From contig CAZMCQ010000002.1 of assembly GCA_964565195.1 (NCBI GenBank), positions 82,161 through 146,160 on the forward strand: a stretch of DNA of 64,000 nt, in the 5' to 3' direction. Under the pieces are notes generated by a model. It did no database searches, had not been told where the DNA came from, and saw only the letters and a list, made by a program, of their open reading frames with translations. A program made the position numbers and the translations under genes. Source of the DNA: an uncultured Candidatus Saccharibacteria bacterium (GTDB lineage: Bacteria; Patescibacteriota; Doudnabacteria; UBA920; 2-01-FULL-46-14). Of the stretch, positions 58,095 to 64,000 are shown piece by piece (the stretch's first letter is position 1; each line of letters begins with the position of its first letter).

Positions 58095-58307
58095 ATGGCA
58101 GGGGAAAGCGATAAAATTTACGGGGCGCCGGAGCTCGCGAAATTCTTCGGTGTGACAGTGAAAACCATCTGGGAGTGGTGTAAAAAAGGCCGTCTTCCTG
58201 CCTTTAAAATTGGCAAGGAGTGGAAAGTAAGAGTAAGCGATTTGAATAAGACGATTAGTCAAAAGGTTAATGTTAATCGTGATGAACCAGGGAGTAGACT
58301 GTTCTAA
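58095..58307 (+). CDS. Small excisionase-family helix-turn-helix DNA-binding protein
   Basis: 70 aa. APELAKFFGVTVKTIWEWCKKGRLPAFKIGKEWKV is an HTH_17-like pattern. Confidence 0.6.
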   Translation: MAGESDKIYGAPELAKFFGVTVKTIWEWCKKGRLPAFKIGKEWKVRVSDLNKTISQKVNVNRDEPGSRLF

Positions 58308-58311
58308 ATTT

Positions 58312-59292
58312 ATGATCCATCTTCTTTACGGTCCTGACACTTATACTATGTCGCAAGACCTGGCCGCGTTCCGCGCGGATTTTAAAACACACGCGCCGCA
58401 AGGGGCGGTGGAGGATTTAAATGCCGCGGCCGAAAATTTTACGACTCGCTTGCGCGAAGCTTTGGAAAGTCAGGGATTGTTCGCCCGCGAAAAACTGATT
58501 ATCATTCGCGATTTCGTTTCCGAAGCTGCCAGGCTTGTCGAGGAAGAAAAATTTCTGTCCCGCGCCATGGAGGCATTGCCGGAGAATTATGGACTCGTAT
58601 TCGTTGAAGCGGGGGAGGTGGATGAGCGGCGGGTGTTTTTTAAAAAATTAAAAAAGATCGCCAAGGTTAAGAGTTATCCGCTTCTGGAGGGGAAGGATTT
58701 GGAAGTTTGGATCGGAGCATATTTGCACAAGCAGGGATTTAGGATTGAAAAGGCCGCTTCGATTAGATTTTTTGAACTTCTGGGTGGTAGCGCGGATCTT
58801 TGGCAGGTGACTTCGGAATTGGAGAAGCTGATGCTTTATCGGGAGGGAGGCAGGGTGGGGGGGGCAATTAGGCTTTCTGATGTTACAGCGTTGGTCCCGC
58901 CAAATGTCAGCCAAACCGTCTTCGACCTCACTAACCTCTTTGCGGAAAAGCGTCAGCCGGAAGCCCTGCGCGTTTTGGAAAATCTGCTCCGCGACGGCCC
59001 GGCGTATGAAGTTAAAAATCAAGCGATCCAGATCATTGGCGCGCTGGCTGGCCAGATCCGCTCTCTGCTCCTGCTTAAAGGGTTTGCGAATAAGGACAAC
59101 GATGCCGTTGCGGCAGAGCTTGGCTGGAAATCAGGCCGTGTCTGGATCAACCGCAAACTTGCTGCCAGGTTTTCGGAGACACGCCTTTCGCAGATGTTGC
59201 GCGATCTGCGCGCGATTGATCTGCGGCTCAAAACCAGCGAAGAACCGCCGAAGCTTTTACTCGCGTTGTTCCTGCAAAAAGCCGCGCATTAG
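58312..59292 (+). CDS. holA: DNA polymerase III delta subunit (HolA)-like
   Basis: N-terminal IHLLYGPDTY and a later VFVEAGEVDERRVFFKKL region consistent with the clamp-loader delta fold. 326 aa. Confidence 0.6.
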   Translation: MIHLLYGPDTYTMSQDLAAFRADFKTHAPQGAVEDLNAAAENFTTRLREALESQGLFAREKLIIIRDFVSEAARLVEEEKFLSRAMEALPENYGLVFVEAGEVDERRVFFKKLKKIAKVKSYPLLEGKDLEVWIGAYLHKQGFRIEKAASIRFFELLGGSADLWQVTSELEKLMLYREGGRVGGAIRLSDVTALVPPNVSQTVFDLTNLFAEKRQPEALRVLENLLRDGPAYEVKNQAIQIIGALAGQIRSLLLLKGFANKDNDAVAAELGWKSGRVWINRKLAARFSETRLSQMLRDLRAIDLRLKTSEEPPKLLLALFLQKAAH

Positions 59293-59368
59293 ACAAACAC
59301 GCGTTTTTTTGCTATAATGATATTGAATGTGAAGTTATGGGCCATCAAATATTTTGATATTTGATGGC
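59290..59368 (+). promoter_or_regulatory. Putative promoter (TTAGAC-18-TATAAT) followed by a perfect 12-4-12 inverted-repeat operator GCCATCAAATAT-tttg-ATATTTGATGGC
   Basis: Seen directly. -10 at 59313-59318, palindrome at 59341-59368, 28 nt upstream of the HTH gene start. Confidence 0.55.
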
Positions 59369-59396
59369 TAGAAACCAAAATAAAAATCAATAAAAA

Positions 59397-60662
59397 ATGG
59401 ATATTGCTTCAGAGCAGCTGATGCCGCTGGCGCAGGCCGCGCGGTATGCGGGCGTAACCGCGGAACATTTGAATTTGCTCGCGCGCCGCGGCAAACTTCT
59501 GGCCAGAAAGATCGGCCGGAACTGGTTTACCACGCGTCAGTGGCTGGACGCGTATTTTCGCAATGAAACAACTGGCACGGCCGAACAGAATCCCGATATT
59601 CAGCTTGAGCTTCGTCGTATCGAAAAGGAGGAAAAACTGGAGCTGGCCAAAATTCAGGCGCAGCTTGAGTTTCGCCGCATTGAGGTGCAGGAAAAGCTGG
59701 AGCGCATGCGCGCGCCTGCTGCTCCTTCCGCGCCGCTGCCGATCAATATTGAGATTCGTTCGCGCGAGCGCGAAGCCGATCCGGTGATGACCCGGGCCGC
59801 CGGCTTTGCCGCCGAGCTTTTCAAAGAAGAGCTTGACAAAATCGCGCGGCAGGCCGAGGCGCAGATCGCCGAGCTGCAGAACGAGAAGCAGCTCATGGCC
59901 GAGTTTTTTACGCGCGAGCTGGATGAAATCCGGACGCATCTCGTGGCCGAACAGGAGCAGAAGCAGATGCTCATCAGCGAGTTGCAGGCCGCGGCGCAGA
60001 GCGCGCAACGAAACCGCGTCGTCACGGAACTGGAGACGCTCAAGGAAAGTTTTGCGAAGAATTTGACTTTACTCGCAGCGAATTTTGAAGAAGCGCCAGT
60101 TGCAGTTCTGCCGGAGCTTGTCAGCATTGAGCCAGATCAATCCGAGTGGCAACATGAACCCCTTCACCGGGAGGGCGTTTATTATCTGGCCAAAAATATG
60201 CCGCTGGCGCGCCGCAGAATGGCGAAAAAAATTGGCGCGTCGGCTTTCGCGGCGGGTATTCTCGGCTTTATGGGAATGTGGGCGGCGCCGCATCTCTCTT
60301 CATTGGGAACTGAACAGTTGTTCGCGGCCGAGGTCGGCGAGCGGATGGGGGCGGCGATGATCATCAGCACTCGCGATCTTTACGAAAAATTTGCGCCAAG
60401 CTTTGCCTATCACTTTACGGACTTTTCATTCGCGGCCGAGCCGTTTCGTGAATTTTACGAACCGGCCGTGGAACGGGGACTGGCGCTCTACGAAAAAACC
60501 GTGAGCACGCCGGTTGATCTGTCGCCATTTACGGATGAGTTTCGAGAAGTTTTAGCTTCATTTACGCAAACCACAGACCGCCTTGGCGAGGTAGCCGGCG
60601 CCACGACATTCCGGCCGATTCCCTGGCAGGGCGGGGCGAGCACCGCGGCCCCGCCAGAGTAG
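59397..60662 (+). CDS. Hypothetical protein with an N-terminal excisionase-family HTH, a long coiled-coil region and a C-terminal domain of unknown function
   Basis: N-terminal LAQAARYAGVTAEHLNLLARRGKLLARKIGRNWF HTH. Repeated heptad-like segments ELRRIEKEEKLELAKIQAQLEFRRIEVQEKLERMR. Confidence 0.4.
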   Translation: MDIASEQLMPLAQAARYAGVTAEHLNLLARRGKLLARKIGRNWFTTRQWLDAYFRNETTGTAEQNPDIQLELRRIEKEEKLELAKIQAQLEFRRIEVQEKLERMRAPAAPSAPLPINIEIRSREREADPVMTRAAGFAAELFKEELDKIARQAEAQIAELQNEKQLMAEFFTRELDEIRTHLVAEQEQKQMLISELQAAAQSAQRNRVVTELETLKESFAKNLTLLAANFEEAPVAVLPELVSIEPDQSEWQHEPLHREGVYYLAKNMPLARRRMAKKIGASAFAAGILGFMGMWAAPHLSSLGTEQLFAAEVGERMGAAMIISTRDLYEKFAPSFAYHFTDFSFAAEPFREFYEPAVERGLALYEKTVSTPVDLSPFTDEFREVLASFTQTTDRLGEVAGATTFRPIPWQGGASTAAPPE

Positions 60663-60676
60663 GGTATAATCAGTTT

Positions 60677-61315
60677 ATGCGTTATTGGGATATCTCAATG
60701 TCGCTTGAGAGCGGCATGGTGACTTGGGCGGGACAAGAAAAGTTTAAGCGCAAAGAAATAGTGGCCGGCGAGGCAATCGTCTCGCTACTTTCTATGACCA
60801 CGCATACCGGCACGCACGTGGACGCGCCGAAGCATTTTCTCGGCAGAAAAGCCGGCAGCGTGGATAAATTGGACTTAAGCAAGTTGATCGGGCCGTGTGA
60901 GGTGATTGAATTACCCCCCCACCTTTCCTCCCCCTCGAGGGGGGAGGGATGGGAGGGGATATTCCGTCGACTGAACAAAGGGGATAGGGTTCTTTTCAAG
61001 ACTTCAAATTCCCGCCGCCGCCTTTTGGAAAAGAAAAACTTCGTGACTGATTATGTTTCGCTAAATCTTGAACAGGCGAAATTATTGGCTGCAAAAAAGA
61101 TCGCGCTTGTTGGCGTGGACTACCTTGGCGTGGAAGCAAAAGGCAGCCAGGGGCGGGGGCACCCGGTGCACAAAACCCTGCTCAAAGCCGGTATCGTCGT
61201 GGTGGAGGGATTAAATCTCTCAAAAATAAAGCCAGGTCATTACAACCTGGCTGTGTTGCCTTTGAAAATTGTGAATGGCGACGGCGCCCCGGCGCGGGCT
61301 ATTCTTTATAAGTAA
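60677..61315 (+). CDS. Putative cyclase family protein (kynurenine formamidase-like) with an in-frame palindromic insert
   Basis: HTGTHVDAPKHF metal-binding motif. TATAAT is only 6 nt upstream of the ATG (possibly leaderless). Insert LPPHLSSPSRGEGWEGI. Confidence 0.7.
   Translation: MRYWDISMSLESGMVTWAGQEKFKRKEIVAGEAIVSLLSMTTHTGTHVDAPKHFLGRKAGSVDKLDLSKLIGPCEVIELPPHLSSPSRGEGWEGIFRRLNKGDRVLFKTSNSRRRLLEKKNFVTDYVSLNLEQAKLLAAKKIALVGVDYLGVEAKGSQGRGHPVHKTLLKAGIVVVEGLNLSKIKPGHYNLAVLPLKIVNGDGAPARAILYK
60914..60958. repeat. GC-rich palindromic element copy 7 (intragenic, in-frame in the cyclase gene)
   Basis: CCCCCCCACCTTTCCTCCCCC-tcgag-GGGGGGAGGGATGGGAGGGG. Near-identical peptide to copy 4 (PPHLSSPSRGEGWEG). 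Confidence 0.8.
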
Positions 61316-62330
61316 CGTCGTGACCACCAAATTGCTTCCTTAATAATGCTACGATCTTGTTGGAAAATTTTTCCTGGTTTTTGGGGTCGGCCGATTCCTG
61401 ACGGACCTTAAACGAATCTTCTATGACTCGGGCGTCTATCCCGAGTTTTTTTGCTTCTTTGATAGTCCACTCGCCCTCGCCTGTTGAATGGATTTCGCCG
61501 ATGACTTTGTTCAAATTTTCCGTATCCAAAGCGTTCTTGGCGAGATCAATAAGCCATGATGAGACGACTGATCCTTTGCGCCAGATTTGAGCAATTTGCG
61601 AGAGATGAAGCTGGAAGGGTGAGGCCTTGAGCACTGCGAATCCCTCGGCAATGGCTTCCATCATTCCGTACTCAATGCCGTTGTGCACCATTTTTACGAA
61701 ATGCCCGGCGCCAGAAGGGCCGACGAGGCCATAATGCGACCCCTCCCGGCCTTCGGCCACCCTCCCCTCGCCAGGAGAGGGAGTAGCGGAAGGGGCAGCC
61801 AATGCTTTGAACACTGGTTCAACCCGGGGCCAGACTTTTTTGGGACCGCCGACCATGAGCGAGAAGCCGTTTTTCTCACCATGCACGCCCCCAGAAGTTC
61901 CGGCGTCAAAAAAGTGAATACCTTTTTCGGCGAGCTTTTTCGCGCGCTCCTGTGAGTCGCGGTAAAAAGAATTGCCGCCGTCAATAATGATGTCTCCAGC
62001 CGATAATTTTTTGGAGACAGTCCTAATGAACTCATCTACGAGTTCACCAGAGGGCAGCATCAGCCAGATGATCTTGGGGAGAGGGAGGGCTGCGATTAAA
62101 CTTTCAACAGTTTCGTAAGTCGCACTCGCGCCCCCTCTTCTTTTATTCCTCTCCACCGAGTTCGGGGGAGAGGAGGGAGGTGAGGGGGGTGTCTCCGCAG
62201 TGAAAAACTTTTGCAATTCTTCTCGCGGTTCGGCAGAACGATTCCAGGCAAGTACCCGAAATCCTTTCGAATGCAGGCGCCGCGCGATCTGCGACCCCAT
62301 CCGGCCCAGACCAATTATTCCTATGGTCAT
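61299..62330 (-). CDS. gnd: 6-phosphogluconate dehydrogenase, decarboxylating (short NAD-binding Gnd/YqeC type) with two in-frame palindromic inserts
   Basis: N-terminal MTIGIIGLGRMGSQIARRL Rossmann motif and 6PGDH C-terminal domain motifs (MVHNGIEYGMMEAIAEGF). ATGA overlap with the upstream zwf. Confidence 0.8.
   Translation of the reverse strand: MTIGIIGLGRMGSQIARRLHSKGFRVLAWNRSAEPREELQKFFTAETPPSPPSSPPNSVERNKRRGGASATYETVESLIAALPLPKIIWLMLPSGELVDEFIRTVSKKLSAGDIIIDGGNSFYRDSQERAKKLAEKGIHFFDAGTSGGVHGEKNGFSLMVGGPKKVWPRVEPVFKALAAPSATPSPGEGRVAEGREGSHYGLVGPSGAGHFVKMVHNGIEYGMMEAIAEGFAVLKASPFQLHLSQIAQIWRKGSVVSSWLIDLAKNALDTENLNKVIGEIHSTGEGEWTIKEAKKLGIDARVIEDSFKVRQESADPKNQEKFSNKIVALLRKQFGGHDVTYKE
61739..61798. 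repeat. Diverged GC-rich palindromic element copy 8 (intragenic, in-frame in gnd)
   Basis: CCCCTCCCGGCCTTCGGCCACCCTCCCCTC-gccagg-AGAGGGAGTAGCGGAAGGGGCAGCC. Imperfect arms. Encodes TPSPGEGRVAEGREG on the - strand. Confidence 0.55.
62131..62190. repeat. GC-rich palindromic element copy 9 (intragenic, in-frame in gnd)
   Basis: CCCCCTCTTCTTTTATTCCTCTCCACCGAG-TTCGGGGGAGAGGAGGGAGGTGAGGGGGG. Encodes PPSPPSSPPNSVERNKRRGG on the - strand. Confidence 0.7.
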
Positions 62331-63802
62331 ATGTGCCAACTCCTTTCGTCTTTTTCAATTAATTTTTGCGCGCTGTCCGGACCCATGCCGCCCGCGTCGT
62401 AGTTGGGAAACTTTGGGCGGTTGCGCGATAGATAAGCCATCAAAACGTCGATATATTTCCAGGCAGATTCGATCTCTTCGGTCGAGGCAAACAGCCGCTG
62501 GTCGCCCTGCATGAAATCGAGGAGCAGCCGCTCGTGCGCGTCAGGGATTTCCGTGCCAAATGCCACCCGGTAGCCGAGTTCCATTTTGACCGGATGCAGG
62601 CGAATGCCAAAGCCCGGATATTTGGCCAGGATCTCAAAAAACACGCCTTCATTGGGCTGGATTTGAAAGGTCAAAACGTTTGGCATTAATTTTTCCTTGA
62701 ACAAAGAGCGCGCCAAGGGCTTGAAATGAATTGAGATTTCCGTGCATTTTTTCGCCAGTTTTTTGCCGGTGCGCAGATAAAACGGCACGCCGCGCCAGCG
62801 TTCGGCATGAACGTATAGTTTTACGGCGGCAAAGGTTTCCGTTTGGGAACGGGGCGAGACATTTGCTTCTTGGCGGTAGCCGCGGTACTGGCCGACCGCT
62901 AAAGAATTTTTGAGGCTCTGCATTTTTGGCGGTTTGATCGCAGCGACCACCGCGGCCCGCGCACTTCTGATGGAGTAAGTTGAGAGATCACTCGGCCGTT
63001 CCATAGCCACGAGCGAGAGCAGCTGAAGGAGATGATTTTGGATGAAGTCGCGCAGCGCGCCGGTTTGTTCATAGAAACTGCCGCGGCTGCCCACGCCGTT
63101 TTCTTCCAGCGCGGCAATCTGGATGTGGTCAATGAATTTGTGATTCCAGATCGGTTCGAAGACGCTGTTCGCAAAGCGGGTGGCGAGTATATTCTGGACA
63201 GTTTCTTTGCCGAGATAGTGGTCAATGCGGTAGATTTGGTCTTCGGCGAAGTAGCGCGCAAGCATGGCATCGAGTTTGCGCGCCGAGCTCGCATCGGCCC
63301 CGAACGGCTTTTCCACGATCACGCGCGTGGTGCGTTCAATCGTCCCGGTTTTGTTTGTGCAGGCTATGAGCAGGCCGGAGCGGGAGAGCTCGCCCGAGAT
63401 TGTTTCATAGTGGCGTGGCAGGGTTGCGAAATAAAACAGCCGCTGCGGGCAGAGATTTTGCGCGACCACTTTTTTTTCGAGGCCATGCAGAAGTGTGGCA
63501 AGTTTTTTGAAATCCGCCCCGGCCATAAAATTGCCGCGATGATAGTGAAGTTTTTCGGCAAAACTCTGCCAGATTTTTTCCGAGAAAGGTGGCCGTGCGT
63601 TTTTTTTGACGCCGGCCTTCACCATCGCCTGAAAAGCGGCGGCAGTAAACTGTTTGCGGCCAAAACCCACGGCCGCAAAATTTTCCGGCAGGATGCCGTG
63701 TCTTTCGAGATGATAAAGCGCCGGGAAAAGGCGCTCCAGGGCCAGATCGCCGGTTGCGCCAAAGATGACGAGCGTGGTCGGGCCGATATCCTGCGTTTCC
63801 AT
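62327..63802 (-). CDS. zwf: Glucose-6-phosphate 1-dehydrogenase
   Basis: TLVIFGATGDLALERLFPALYHL NADP-binding motif, the IDHYLGKE catalytic motif and the RDFIQNHLLQLLSLVAME motif. Confidence 0.9.
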   Translation of the reverse strand: METQDIGPTTLVIFGATGDLALERLFPALYHLERHGILPENFAAVGFGRKQFTAAAFQAMVKAGVKKNARPPFSEKIWQSFAEKLHYHRGNFMAGADFKKLATLLHGLEKKVVAQNLCPQRLFYFATLPRHYETISGELSRSGLLIACTNKTGTIERTTRVIVEKPFGADASSARKLDAMLARYFAEDQIYRIDHYLGKETVQNILATRFANSVFEPIWNHKFIDHIQIAALEENGVGSRGSFYEQTGALRDFIQNHLLQLLSLVAMERPSDLSTYSIRSARAAVVAAIKPPKMQSLKNSLAVGQYRGYRQEANVSPRSQTETFAAVKLYVHAERWRGVPFYLRTGKKLAKKCTEISIHFKPLARSLFKEKLMPNVLTFQIQPNEGVFFEILAKYPGFGIRLHPVKMELGYRVAFGTEIPDAHERLLLDFMQGDQRLFASTEEIESAWKYIDVLMAYLSRNRPKFPNYDAGGMGPDSAQKLIEKDERSWHI

Positions 63803-63844
63803 GGGTTTATTATAACATGATTTTTGGTTATAATAAGCGCACGC

Positions 63845-63919
63845 GGCCCCGTAGTTCAATGGATAGAATAGGGGACTTCTAATCCCTAGATGCAGGTTCG
63901 ATTCCTGCCGGGGTCACCA
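63845..63919 (+). tRNA. tRNA-Arg (anticodon TCT), CCA encoded
   Basis: Manual fold: acceptor GGCCCCG/CGGGGTC, D-arm GTTC-AATGGATA-GAAT, anticodon arm GGGGA-CTTCTAA-TCCCT, T-arm GCAGG-TTCGATT-CCTGC, A, CCA. Confidence 0.75.
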
Positions 63920-63923
63920 AAGT

Positions 63924-64000
63924 ATGTTGAAAAAACTCTTGGCAGTTTTTATTCTGGCATTCGTCCTCAACTGGATCTGGGAGATTTTGCACAGCCCGCT
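63924..64000 (+). CDS. Hypothetical membrane protein, N-terminal fragment (3' end truncated by window edge)
   Basis: ATG at 63924 with an open frame to the window end. MLKKLLAVFILAFVLNWIWEILHSP is hydrophobic. Confidence 0.3.
   Translation, partial: MLKKLLAVFILAFVLNWIWEILHSP

Noticed and set aside
58841-58870. GGGAGGGAGGCAGGGTGGGGGGGG inside holA as a possible degenerate element copy
   Set aside because: Not palindromic. Only one arm-like half is present.
58095-59292. Excisionase-like HTH genes as evidence of an integrated prophage or ICE
   Set aside because: No integrase, transposase, phage structural or conjugation genes are present in the window. The adjacent genes are housekeeping (holA, zwf, gnd).
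1-64000. CRISPR array search (regularly spaced identical direct repeats)
   Set aside because: None found. The only repeated units are the dispersed palindromic elements and short 7-bp microsatellites, which lack spacer/repeat periodicity.

Overview
This 64-kb window is densely packed and almost entirely on the + strand, with many 4-nt ATGA-type start/stop overlaps. GC content, codon feel and the repeated small excisionase-family HTH proteins suggest a compact genome of an uncultivated lineage (CPR/Patescibacteria-like), but that is inference only. Positions 1-47000 form one very large cell-surface glycan biosynthesis locus. It holds two tandem UDP-glucose dehydrogenase paralogs, at least eight GT4 glycosyltransferases, GT2 and GT-C membrane glycosyltransferases, and a complete GDP-D-glycero-D-manno-heptose pathway (GmhA, HddA, fused HddC-GmhB). 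It also holds a dTDP-aminosugar module (cupin isomerase, acetyltransferase, aminotransferase), two separate NeuB/NeuA-like nonulosonic/ulosonic acid modules (one NeuB fused to a cupin) with KpsS-like GT-B pairs and methyltransferases, and a GDP-perosamine module (Gmd plus aminotransferase). An ABC flippase-like exporter, a carbamoyltransferase, an AsnB-like amidotransferase and the initiating polyprenyl-phosphate sugar transferase complete it. Downstream lie an O-antigen-ligase-like/TPR membrane protein and a type IV pilus operon (pilB, pilC, two pilin-like genes, a PilX-like beta-helix protein, pilM/N/O and a small membrane protein). After that come tRNA-Arg(TCG), tRNA-Lys(CTT), two unannotated small peptide genes, holA, an HTH/coiled-coil protein with a perfect palindromic operator, a cyclase, convergent gnd and zwf, and tRNA-Arg(TCT). 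The most striking feature is a family of roughly 45-60 bp GC-rich palindromic elements with at least 9 copies. Seven sit in-frame inside protein-coding genes (four GT4 genes, the cyclase, and twice in 6-phosphogluconate dehydrogenase). Each adds a Pro/Ser-rich then Gly/Glu-rich peptide, analogous to Rickettsia palindromic elements. A second 73-bp palindrome and a 7-bp tandem repeat, a candidate phase-variation switch, lie inside another GT4 gene.
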